Virus record (IMG/VR): IMGVR_UViG_3300020138_000007
Coordinates: 1-48,201 of that record
Source: a virus
Taxonomy: Duplodnaviria > Caudoviricetes
Strand: one strand, 5' to 3'
Length of the DNA: 48,201 bases
Shown in pieces: positions 1 through 8,272 of the stretch; position 1 is the first letter of the stretch, and every line of letters begins with the position of its first letter. Below the pieces are notes generated by a model. That model was not told where the DNA came from. It saw nothing but the letters and a program-made list of their open reading frames with translations, and made no database searches. The translations under genes and the position numbers were made by a program.

Positions 1-464
1 TTCATCTTGTTGCCGAGCCTACCGCGACGTTCACGAAGGAATACTTCGGGATGCTTCCGCCGGAAGCCGTCATGCTGGGGTGTACTCCCGACTACGACGC
101 ATACACCGGGAAGCAGAACATTCCACCGGAAACGACCGAACCTTTCCGGACTGGTGCTGGTCATATCCACGTCGGTTGGACGATGGGTGTCGATCCGTTG
201 GAAGAGGATCACTTCAAGATTTGCTGTGAGTTGGTCAAGCAACTCGATGCAGTCCTCTATCCACTTTCCCACACTTGGGATAGCGACACGAAACGTCGGA
301 CGCTCTACGGTAAGCGTGGCTCTTTCCGTCCGAAGTTCTATGGTGTCGAGTGGCGACCACTCTCGAATGCATATCTTCGTGAGGAGCGGACGATCCGGTT
401 GGTCTACCGTGCTGTCTTTGAGGCGACTCGTCTTTATTTCGATGGGGTGAAACTCTATGAATGA
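1..464 (+). CDS. phiEco32-like COOH-NH2 ligase type 2, 3' part
   Basis: LGCTPDYDAY, RTGAGHIHVG, RRTLYGKRGSFRPKFYGVEWRPLSN. In frame with the ORF starting at 47825. Confidence 0.9.
   Translation, partial: HLVAEPTATFTKEYFGMLPPEAVMLGCTPDYDAYTGKQNIPPETTEPFRTGAGHIHVGWTMGVDPLEEDHFKICCELVKQLDAVLYPLSHTWDSDTKRRTLYGKRGSFRPKFYGVEWRPLSNAYLREERTIRLVYRAVFEATRLYFDGVKLYE
2..127. repeat. 126-bp overlap with the window end (circular contig overlap)
   Basis: 2-127 is identical to 48076-48201. It lies inside a CDS, so it is an assembly overlap rather than a biological terminal repeat. Confidence 0.95.
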
Positions 465-639
465 GGAATATTGGGTGATAATCATTTGGCCCACTTTTGA
501 GGAAGCAGAAGTCGACAGTAAACACCCGACACAAACATCAGCCTCCGTGCGAGTGGTTCACTTGCAAGCATTGCATGACAATCAGACAATCAAATATGCA
601 ATCATGAAGAAGATCGAAGAAGGAGTTCTGGAACTTTGA
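457..639 (+). CDS. hypothetical protein (60 aa)
   Basis: Overlaps both neighbours in the operon. Confidence 0.6.
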   Translation: MNEEYWVIIIWPTFEEAEVDSKHPTQTSASVRVVHLQALHDNQTIKYAIMKKIEEGVLEL

Positions 640-1229
640 GCAAGAAAATCTATGTGGTCGGACGGGATACTTCCGTCGAATTTCTTTTTGAAGACAGAGG
701 ACACGAAGTCCACGCGGGCGATCTTCCGAACTGCGAGGTCGATCTTGTCGTCTTCACCGGAGGGTCGGACATCAATCCAGCACTCTATGGTGCACTGAAT
801 ATGGGAAGTTACGTGACAGAGTATTCGAAGCGTCGTGATACCTTCGAAGTCTCCGTCTATAAGAGGATGACCGAACTCGGTATCCCGAAGGCTGGCATCT
901 GCCGTGGCGGACAACTCTTCAATATCTTGAATGGCGGCAGCATGGTTCAAGATATCAAGGGGCACAACGGAGGAAACCATGAAGTATACCTCTACGATAC
1001 TCATGACCCTATAGGGAAGACCAATTCGTGTCATCATCAAATGATGATTCCGACAGAAGGGGTCGAGTTGATCGCATACTCGACCTATTCTGGGGGTAAG
1101 TGTCCAGAGGTCATCTACTACCCGGAGAACAAAGACCTCTGTTTCCAAGCCCATCCTGAATGGGGGCATGAGAACACGACGAGACTCTTCTTTCAATACA
1201 TTGACTCTTGCCTTGGAGTATCACTCTGA
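636..1229 (+). CDS. class I glutamine amidotransferase / peptidase C26-like gamma-glutamyl hydrolase
   Basis: FTGGSDINP, RRDTFE, GICRGGQ (catalytic Cys), NSCHHQ, FQAHPE (His-Glu). TTG start after AAGGAG. Confidence 0.9.
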   Translation: MSKKIYVVGRDTSVEFLFEDRGHEVHAGDLPNCEVDLVVFTGGSDINPALYGALNMGSYVTEYSKRRDTFEVSVYKRMTELGIPKAGICRGGQLFNILNGGSMVQDIKGHNGGNHEVYLYDTHDPIGKTNSCHHQMMIPTEGVELIAYSTYSGGKCPEVIYYPENKDLCFQAHPEWGHENTTRLFFQYIDSCLGVSL

Positions 1230-1702
1230 TGTCCATCCAAATCGCCAATCGCAGTCTGATGTGTTCTACACTCGTCTTCGGGTGCTTCTCTTATAATCCG
1301 AGCTTTGCATACCTCGTCAAAAATCTAAAGGACCAAATCACCGTAGCGAACAATCGTGACACCAAGGTTGTGTATTATAACCCGTACAGTCCCGACCACA
1401 GACAAGAGCGTCACGTCCTTGACGGGTACGACGTCAAGAAGTTCGCGTTCGCCGTCGGGACTGTGAAAAACAAATCTGACTTGAAGTATTTCAAGAAGTT
1501 GGGTTGGACTGTTGTTGGTCCTGACGAAGGGGTGCACAACCAGAAGAACTATACACACGTCTGGTTGGTGCACATCACCGTCCACGATCTCTTGAAAGAA
1601 CTCTCTCGATATGACGACGTGGGTCATCTCATCAAAGATGAAGGGGTCAAGAAAAAGAAAGCCCCCAAGAAAACGATGACCCTCAAGAAGGAAGCCGCAT
1701 GA
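1229..1702 (+). CDS. hypothetical protein, possible degenerate GNAT fold
   Basis: TGATG coupling to the upstream gene. C-terminal KNKSDLKYFKKLGWTVVG resembles GNAT motif B. Confidence 0.7.
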   Translation: MSIQIANRSLMCSTLVFGCFSYNPSFAYLVKNLKDQITVANNRDTKVVYYNPYSPDHRQERHVLDGYDVKKFAFAVGTVKNKSDLKYFKKLGWTVVGPDEGVHNQKNYTHVWLVHITVHDLLKELSRYDDVGHLIKDEGVKKKKAPKKTMTLKKEAA

Positions 1703-1824
1703 ACGTCGATCTACTCTGTCAGAACGACATAGAAGGGAGGAGTAACTACCGTGAACTACTCCGTCGTGTCGTCCTTCGACTCAAGAAAGAAAGGATATCG
1801 ACATGTGTGGTATCTGTGGGCTGA
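1699..1824 (+). CDS. small hypothetical protein (41 aa)
   Basis: ATGA overlap with the upstream stop. MNVDLLCQNDIEGRSNYRELLRRVVLRLKKERISTCVVSVG fills the gap. Confidence 0.45.
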   Translation: MNVDLLCQNDIEGRSNYRELLRRVVLRLKKERISTCVVSVG

Positions 1825-2747
1825 TCGGTCCGGGAATCATAGCTAAAGACCTCGAAGTCTTCACTGACCTCATGTGGGCCAACGGACTTCGGGGACCCCA
1901 TTCGACTGGACTCTTCGTCGTCACTCCCGGTGGACCTTACAAGAAAGAGAAGTTCAGGATGAAGAGGTCTTTGGGTCATTCGGTTGATTTCTTGATGAAT
2001 GACAGCCGAAACAAGATAGAGAATCGGATGATCCGTTCGATGTTTTCTCAACTCTTCATGGCTCATTCGAGGTGGGCGACGAAGGGAGAGATCACTGTCT
2101 CGAATGCCCATCCGTTCGACACGGGAACTCTGGTTTCTTGTCATAACGGAACCCTGACCGACAAGGAATACCAAGACAAGCGGATGACGGACTCTGAACT
2201 GATGTTCCGAGATATGGAAGATCGTGGGATCAAGGCTGTCCTTGAAGATTTGGATTGGGGTTCGGCCTACGCGATCTCGTCTTATAACAAGAGGACGAAC
2301 ATCCTTACTCTTGCAAGGAACTCACAGCGTCCACTCTTCTTCGGTGTCTCCAAGAGTCGAGCCGTCATGTATTATGCGTCGGAGTTGGAGGCTTTGGACT
2401 TCGTCGCGAGTCGAAACGGTATCAGTTTGAATCGATATGAAGTCGACCCCGACACGATGATTCAGTTCGACATCTCGAAAGTCTCTTCGAGTTCGACGTT
2501 CTGGAATACGACGGACATCGATACAAGCAAGCAGGGCTTCTACGAGATATCGAAATCGAACAAGACGAACACCGGAGTGGGTACGGAAGACACCCCTTGG
2601 AATGAAGAATTCTGCCTGTCGTGTGGGTCGATCTTGGTCGGTGATGAAATCAATAGGGCGGACAAGACGACGTTCAGGAATGAGACTTACTACACTTGCA
2701 GGCAGTGTGTCGCAGGCGAGGGTGGTGTGGACTGTACGGCTGTCTGA
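1803..2747 (+). CDS. class II (Ntn) glutamine amidotransferase with C-terminal Zn ribbon
   Basis: MCGICG (Cys2 nucleophile), RGPHSTG, HSRWATKG, NAHPF, HNGTL, TDSE. CLSC...CRQC at the C-terminus. Confidence 0.92.
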   Translation: MCGICGLIGPGIIAKDLEVFTDLMWANGLRGPHSTGLFVVTPGGPYKKEKFRMKRSLGHSVDFLMNDSRNKIENRMIRSMFSQLFMAHSRWATKGEITVSNAHPFDTGTLVSCHNGTLTDKEYQDKRMTDSELMFRDMEDRGIKAVLEDLDWGSAYAISSYNKRTNILTLARNSQRPLFFGVSKSRAVMYYASELEALDFVASRNGISLNRYEVDPDTMIQFDISKVSSSSTFWNTTDIDTSKQGFYEISKSNKTNTGVGTEDTPWNEEFCLSCGSILVGDEINRADKTTFRNETYYTCRQCVAGEGGVDCTAV

Positions 2748-2772
2748 CATAATGGAATGAAAGGAGACAATC

Positions 2773-3435
2773 GTGGCTTATGAAAAAATGCCATGCAAGT
2801 ATGATACCCTGAAAGACCTACAGGATCGTCTTCATGGTACTTACTGTCGGTATGACGGTAAGTTATACTACGTTACTGTCGAGTCGAAGGACGTCATCGT
2901 CCTGTATGATTCGGTATCTCAACGTCCGAAGCTAAACATCAATCCGTCTGATCCGAATTTCGACATCTCTTCTCTTGAGGTCGGTTATATGAACCTCGAC
3001 CAGAAAGAGATGGCACAGTTAGGCGTCGAGTCGAACGGTGGTGTCCTCTACCTCATGAGGTATCCACAACGTCGGTATCGGCAGGGAGTAACTCCAGAAT
3101 GTCTCTCTGCATACCGGATCGAGAACATGGATATCAGTCCGTTCAGGACGGGAAGCCTTCTACGAACGGCAGGATTCAGGAAGTCAATCGAAGGGGATTT
3201 CCCGAGTTTCAACGAAGCCTTGGACGACAAGTCGGCAGAAGTCGCACTCTCTCGTGATCTCGCTATCAAGAAGACAGACTCCGGTCTGGTCCTCGTCTAC
3301 TACAAGATGGTCAACATCGGATGGACTCTCCCCGGAGACAATATCGTGATGTTCAGAGGGACTCCACATGACTGGCTTTTCCAGAAAATTCTGGATGAAC
3401 ATCATATGTCCTATATTTGCAGGAGAGTGCAATGA
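2773..3435 (+). CDS. hypothetical protein in the amidoligase cluster
   Basis: GTG start after AAGGAG, 220 aa, ATGA overlap with the next gene. Confidence 0.8.
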   Translation: MAYEKMPCKYDTLKDLQDRLHGTYCRYDGKLYYVTVESKDVIVLYDSVSQRPKLNINPSDPNFDISSLEVGYMNLDQKEMAQLGVESNGGVLYLMRYPQRRYRQGVTPECLSAYRIENMDISPFRTGSLLRTAGFRKSIEGDFPSFNEALDDKSAEVALSRDLAIKKTDSGLVLVYYKMVNIGWTLPGDNIVMFRGTPHDWLFQKILDEHHMSYICRRVQ

Positions 3436-4493
3436 CTACTCTACGAACAGCCGTCGGTCAGTATTTTACCCTGACCAAACACAAGGGGGACTTCGGAATT
3501 GAGATCGAAACCGAAGTCAAGAAGCTCGAAGACTATCCTGATTCATTCTTCCGATCCAACAAAGACGGGATGACGGTACCTCCGTTCTCTGACTGGATCG
3601 TCCACTCTGATGGCTCTCTTCGTAACGTCGGGTATGAGTTCGTCTTTGACAGACCTAAGACTTTCGAAGAGTCCATCAAGGCTCTGGATGTTTTTGCAGA
3701 GGGGACGAGAGAAATCAAGTTTCTCAAGAATGCTCCGGCGACATCTGTCCATGTGCATGTCAATATGGCGGACGAAGAGTTGATCGTACTTGCGAACTTC
3801 CTGACTCTCTGGTCGATGTTCGAATCGATTCTTGTCAACTACTCTGGCGAGACGAGGAGGAGTAATCTCTTTGCCCTTCCCTTGAGGGTCGCAGAGGGGA
3901 ACCTCGTCTACATGAAGAAGGTGATTGATTGGGCCGGACGAAATCCCATGATGTTTCCTGCATCAGACAACGGAGCCAAGTATTCGGCCTTGAATATCGC
4001 TCGCCTCAGTATATTCGGGTCACTTGAGATCAGATCATTCAGGGGTGAGACGGACATCAACGAGATCAAGCGCTGGTTGTCGATCATCAATCAGGTACGG
4101 ATGTTCGCCAAGATACCCGGAATGACTCCGACAAAGATAATGGAAGAGGTGAAGGAAAATCGGTATGAATTTATCGAGAAGGTATTCGATAAGTTTACGT
4201 CGTCGATCAGGATGACAGTCCCAGAGACAAACTTCCTGTTCGACAAAAATCTCTGGTACGGGATGATTATGGCGACTGTCGTCGAAGATTGGGAAGAGTT
4301 TAATCGAGGCACTGAAATAAAAGAGAAAAAACCAAGAAGGAAATTTCCGGGGAGTCTTACAGTCACAACAATAACGCCTGACCTCCTCGTCGCGCCGATC
4401 AGTGAAGCCACTGTGGCTGAATACGAGAGTGGCTTCACTATAACAGAAACAGAAGAGACAGAAGAGGATAGCTATGATGACTTCGACGACTGA
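3432..4493 (+). CDS. putative amidoligase (Amidoligase_2, glutamine-synthetase-like fold)
   Basis: FGIEIETE, HSDGSLR...YEFV, SVHVHVN, RRSNLFA, KYSALNI, GSLEIRSFRG. Acidic tail; AGGAG RBS. Confidence 0.9.
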   Translation: MTTLRTAVGQYFTLTKHKGDFGIEIETEVKKLEDYPDSFFRSNKDGMTVPPFSDWIVHSDGSLRNVGYEFVFDRPKTFEESIKALDVFAEGTREIKFLKNAPATSVHVHVNMADEELIVLANFLTLWSMFESILVNYSGETRRSNLFALPLRVAEGNLVYMKKVIDWAGRNPMMFPASDNGAKYSALNIARLSIFGSLEIRSFRGETDINEIKRWLSIINQVRMFAKIPGMTPTKIMEEVKENRYEFIEKVFDKFTSSIRMTVPETNFLFDKNLWYGMIMATVVEDWEEFNRGTEIKEKKPRRKFPGSLTVTTITPDLLVAPISEATVAEYESGFTITETEETEEDSYDDFDD

Positions 4494-5364
4494 TCAGACC
4501 AAGAACTACATCCTCCGCAGGAGAGGGGTAGGAGAGAAGATCGGAGCGATGGAGGAATTCTCCGAGAAGGGACTGAAGGTCGTCCGTTCCGACAAGACTC
4601 TTCCACAGAATCCCGACTACGTATTCCGTTGGGGTACGACTGCCACCATCCCGATGGCAGACCAGACTGTCGTGGTAAATCCTGCTTCCGCGATCCATTG
4701 GGCTTATGATAAGAGGTCATCCCGAAAGCAGATGGCTGATCTTGGCCTTTCGATGAGGACTTGGATTGACTTCGCAGACCTCCTGACTTCTATGGAAAAT
4801 GGAGAGACCCCACCTTCGTCCAGTTGCCTCATCGTACGACCAGAACATCACATCCGTTCTCTTGACTTGAATGTCTGTCATTCAATCACAGAGACCTATA
4901 AGTCAACAAAGAAGTACGACAGGTATTATATTTCCGAATACATCAAGAAGGATGCAGAGTGGCGTGTCTTCGTCGTACAGGGTCGTGTCGTCGCTGTCGT
5001 CCAGAAGATTCCTGTCGATCCGAATGAAGTCTCATGGGGTTGTGTCGAGGAAGGACAGTTTCGATATGTCCCATGGAACGAATGGCCTCTCTTTGTCACA
5101 CAGAAGGCCGTACAGGCGTTTCTACTCTCGGGCTTGGACTTTGGTGCTGTCGATGTGATATCGCGTTCTACGGGCCTCCCTGACCCCGTGGCGTACGTCT
5201 TGGAGATCAACACCGCACCGGAATTGACTCCGTACTACATGAAGACGTTCGTCAAGTGCTTCGATTATATCATCGAGAACGGGAAGAATCAGCTTCCTAT
5301 CACGAACAACCAGACTTGGAAGCATTTCATCCACCCCGCCGTGTCGGACATGGCTGTCGTCTAA
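4474..5364 (+). CDS. ATP-grasp peptide ligase (RimK/YheCD-like)
   Basis: FRWG, NP..I....DK, ISEYI....EWRVFV, LDFGAVDVI, VLEINTAP. Confidence 0.9.
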   Translation: MMTSTTDQTKNYILRRRGVGEKIGAMEEFSEKGLKVVRSDKTLPQNPDYVFRWGTTATIPMADQTVVVNPASAIHWAYDKRSSRKQMADLGLSMRTWIDFADLLTSMENGETPPSSSCLIVRPEHHIRSLDLNVCHSITETYKSTKKYDRYYISEYIKKDAEWRVFVVQGRVVAVVQKIPVDPNEVSWGCVEEGQFRYVPWNEWPLFVTQKAVQAFLLSGLDFGAVDVISRSTGLPDPVAYVLEINTAPELTPYYMKTFVKCFDYIIENGKNQLPITNNQTWKHFIHPAVSDMAVV

Positions 5365-5377
5365 GAAGGAATATCAT

Positions 5378-6442
5378 ATGTGTGTCATCATTCACTTCAA
5401 GCCTAAGCAGATGATCGACAAGGAAGCCCTGTTCAACGCATGTGCAAATAACTGGCACTCGTATGGACTCGTGACTCGTGTCGACAAGAAGCTCGATATC
5501 GTCCGTAAAGTCCCGGAGAATGGAGAAGTCGATTCAGAGGAAATCTACAAACTCCTTCAAGACAACTTCAAGTACGACAGGTATCTACACGTCCGTCACA
5601 ACACGGCTGGCGAGACTTCTCTCGAAAATACCCATCCGTTTGACGTCTACTATGATCCCAAGACGGGCAATCAGGTCGTCTTCATGCATAACGGGACACT
5701 CTATGAATACAAGTCCCGGATAACAGAGACGAAGAACGGGGTGACTTCGACGAGAGACGACGATTCCGGACCGTCTGACACAAAGAACTTTGTCGATCAG
5801 GTTCTCATTCCATACACTGCTTCCGATTTCGGTGATGGTGCCGGAAGTATCGACAACATTCTTTATCGCAGAGTGATTTCGAAATTCTGGCCCACGACCG
5901 GAGCAAATCGTGGACTTCTTATCTCGAACAAGGGTGATTATACTCTTGGGTCATGGACGACGTACGGGAGTGACGAGAATCGACTGACCGTCTCTAACGA
6001 CGACTATTTCAGCAAGATCACCCGTGGTCCCGAATTCACTCGGAGGCGGGTTCGGGAAGAAGAAGAGAAGAAGAGGAAAGAGGCGGAGAGGCCGGTGATA
6101 AACACCTCATCCCTCAAGACAGGGGTCGCCCGATTTCGTGACTACGATGTTGAGAAGACTTACGATCTTTTCGAACTGAAAGAGACGATGGCAAACATCT
6201 TGGGAGATTGGGATGTCTGGGATAGGTCTGGCATGACTGCACTCGGATATGCAACGATGGACGAGATCGGTCAACTCTACGCAGACAAGAAGTCTTGCAT
6301 CCAAGTGATGGACCTCGTGTTCACCGAATTCACGAAGATGGCCAAGGAACTGGAAGAACTCGAAGAGAAGAAGGACAGGGGAGAAAAACTCATTGCTTCC
6401 CTGCAATCCACCATCAAGACCCTGAAGGAGAAGGCAGCATGA
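5378..6442 (+). CDS. second class II glutamine amidotransferase with C-terminal coiled coil
   Basis: MCVII (Cys2), NWHSYG, HVRHNTAG, NTHPF, MHNGTL, SDT. Confidence 0.88.
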   Translation: MCVIIHFKPKQMIDKEALFNACANNWHSYGLVTRVDKKLDIVRKVPENGEVDSEEIYKLLQDNFKYDRYLHVRHNTAGETSLENTHPFDVYYDPKTGNQVVFMHNGTLYEYKSRITETKNGVTSTRDDDSGPSDTKNFVDQVLIPYTASDFGDGAGSIDNILYRRVISKFWPTTGANRGLLISNKGDYTLGSWTTYGSDENRLTVSNDDYFSKITRGPEFTRRRVREEEEKKRKEAERPVINTSSLKTGVARFRDYDVEKTYDLFELKETMANILGDWDVWDRSGMTALGYATMDEIGQLYADKKSCIQVMDLVFTEFTKMAKELEELEEKKDRGEKLIASLQSTIKTLKEKAA

Positions 6443-7029
6443 GTCATATGAACACCGCCTACCAGAAGGACTGTTATCTGACTGACGAACTCTTTGAGAG
6501 GGAGAACGAGACATCTCCAGACTTTCTCGACTTCAAGAATCTCCAGAACATTCCGGTATTCGTCTATGACGACTGTATGGTAGGTTACAAAAACCACAAG
6601 CTACTCAAAGACTCTGTCTATCTTGGTGAGTCTTGGACATCGACGCAGTCGTTCGTCATGGAGAGGTCAGACATCGATTCTCCCGTTGTCTTTCACTACA
6701 ACGGACCGGGGGTATCGACAAAGAGGGTCTACGGCGAGGTCTTTCTACTGACACCGAAACAACTCTTGAGTCTCGACTTCCATATGGCGAACAACGAACT
6801 CTACAAGCGAGAGAAGAGGTTCGTCTGTCTTCTTGAACAGAAAATCAAAGACAACGTGAGGATGAAGCCCTCGCTGAAGTGTTGGATGTATTTAGGCAAC
6901 CCTGACTTCTGGGAAGATCGACAGACTGTGAGGATGTCGCCTAAAGAAACCAACAATCAGAGTGTCTGGATGTGGACAAGATCGACATTCGAGGACGAAA
7001 TCCCTAATTTCTTGAAGTCAAGGGGTTGA
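6439..7029 (+). CDS. gamma-glutamylcyclotransferase (GGCT/AIG2)-like protein, divergent active site
   Basis: VFVY....GYKNHKLL, YLGE, VYGEVF, L..LD, LYKR, CWMYL. ATGA overlap and AAGGAG RBS. Confidence 0.8.
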   Translation: MSHMNTAYQKDCYLTDELFERENETSPDFLDFKNLQNIPVFVYDDCMVGYKNHKLLKDSVYLGESWTSTQSFVMERSDIDSPVVFHYNGPGVSTKRVYGEVFLLTPKQLLSLDFHMANNELYKREKRFVCLLEQKIKDNVRMKPSLKCWMYLGNPDFWEDRQTVRMSPKETNNQSVWMWTRSTFEDEIPNFLKSRG

Positions 7030-7060
7030 CAAAGAAAAATTTTGTGGTACTTTATCTAAG
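7026..7060 (+). promoter_or_regulatory. sigma70-type promoter, TTGACA-N16-TACTTT with extended -10
   Basis: TTGACA at 7026-7031, TG at 7045-7046, TACTTTATCT at 7048-7057. Same motif at 10856 (+) and 42773 (-). Confidence 0.8.
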
Positions 7061-7225
7061 AGAGAAGTGACTTAAGGAATACCTTAGGTACAGTACCTTA
7101 AGACACAGAAGATTGAGAAGACAAGAGAAGGAAGAAGAGTAAGGGTGTTTAGCATAAGACACTCTTACTTAATCACTCACACTTAATCAATAATACTTAA
7201 GGTATTATACTTTAGGTATCAGAAG
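7061..7225. repeat. AT-rich non-coding element with ACYTWAG-like repeats; candidate replication origin
   Basis: 14-bp periodic acttaatcactcac/acttaatcaataat/acttaaggtattat/actttaggtatcag and a hairpin at 7139-7168. Paralogous to 42495-42745. Confidence 0.6.
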
Positions 7226-7233
7226 GAAAGTCC

Positions 7234-7491
7234 TTGAGGAAATTTAACAGAGATTACGTCTCACGACCTATGCGACGGTACGAGTATGCCCGTTGTGAAA
7301 TCTGTAATGCGACTGGTTCGTCAGAGATAGCTACACACGACGAAGACATCGGATCGGGTATCTTCTATATGACGGCCACCGGATTTATCTGTTCGGAGTG
7401 CGAACACCACCATAAAGAAATCATGTCTGATTGGGACATCATTGATGAACTCGACGAAGACGACATGATGTATGAGGAGTACGAAGAATGA
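7234..7491 (+). CDS. small Zn-finger protein with acidic tail
   Basis: CEIC...CSEC; first ORF after the promoter. Confidence 0.7.
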   Translation: MRKFNRDYVSRPMRRYEYARCEICNATGSSEIATHDEDIGSGIFYMTATGFICSECEHHHKEIMSDWDIIDELDEDDMMYEEYEE

Positions 7492-7592
7492 GATTTTTAA
7501 TCATGATAATTATCTCTGGAATGATTAATGCATTTCTTTTACTTCCACCATTTTCCATATCATGAACATATAATTTCGATTCTAAAGTTTGG

Positions 7593-7716
7593 TATGAAAG
7601 ATCTCAGTTTTGTAATCTATATGGTTTTAGGGCTTATGACCGTAATGGTGGCATTCCTTTTTGTCCTCCCACCCCTGCAATACTATTTTAGTTTCTGGGC
7701 GGGATTCTGGTCATGA
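7593..7716 (+). CDS. small membrane protein
   Basis: MKDLSFVIYMVLGLMTVMVAFLFVLPPLQYYFSFWAGFWS; hydrophobic, with an ATGA overlap to the next ORF. Start position approximate. Confidence 0.5.
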
Positions 7717-7889
7717 AGGTCGTCTGTCTTATCTTCTCGTTGATCATCCAAAACGGAGAACCCACCATGATTCAGTCAGAGAAGGCCATGGAGAGCCTCC
7801 AAGAGTGTGAGGCATGGAAGCACCAACAACTCTTTCAACCGCCTGTACGGCCTTCTGTGGCCAATTGGTACGTATGTGAGGTGAAATGA
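7713..7889 (+). CDS. small hypothetical protein (58 aa)
   Basis: MKVVCLIFSLIIQNGEP...ECEAWK...WYVCEVK, with ATGA overlaps on both sides. Confidence 0.6.
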   Translation: MKVVCLIFSLIIQNGEPTMIQSEKAMESLQECEAWKHQQLFQPPVRPSVANWYVCEVK

Positions 7890-8272
7890 TTAAAGATATA
7901 GACGGAAACGGGCACGCAGTGGCGTGCAAGGAATGCGACGGCACCGGATTTAAGGACAAGAACGGCGCGCGTCTGACGTTGGCGAGAACTCCATGCGGTG
8001 CATGTGGCGGTAGCGGGAATGTCGCCGCCCTCTCCCAACCCCACCCCGCCGATGAGCGGGTGGTGGAGGCTCTGAATGCTGTCGCAGCGCTTGTCGAACT
8101 TGTATGTGACGAAACTCTTGGTCCTAGTGTTGAAGACGAGCCGGATAACGAAAGCGTCGGCAGCAACATGATGGGTCCCGTGCCCATGACGTTTGGGCAT
8201 GTGCGCGAGGCGCGAGATGCCGTTGCCATTCTTCGCGCCGCCCTCGCGCAGGAGGGCCGGAAGAATGGTTGA
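7886..8272 (+). CDS. protein with DnaJ-type CxxCxGxG zinc finger
   Basis: CKECDGTG...CGACGGSG; GAGGTG RBS; lies in a GC-richer segment. Confidence 0.75.
   Translation: MIKDIDGNGHAVACKECDGTGFKDKNGARLTLARTPCGACGGSGNVAALSQPHPADERVVEALNAVAALVELVCDETLGPSVEDEPDNESVGSNMMGPVPMTFGHVREARDAVAILRAALAQEGRKNG

Noticed and set aside
2-127. Terminal repeat as a biological DTR
   Set aside because: It falls mid-gene and its length matches a typical assembler k-mer overlap.
1803-2747. Annotation as glmS (glucosamine-6-phosphate synthase)
   Set aside because: Only the glutaminase domain is present, with no SIS domains.
7165-7205. CtrA boxes (TTAA-N7-TTAA)
   Set aside because: The TTAA half-sites are 10 nt apart, not 7.
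7488-7690. ORF MRFLIMII... with an internal TGA that could be read through (recoding or pseudogene)
   Set aside because: All other genes use standard stops, and an overlapping frame (about 7593-7716) is properly coupled to the next gene. This is a single unsupported case.
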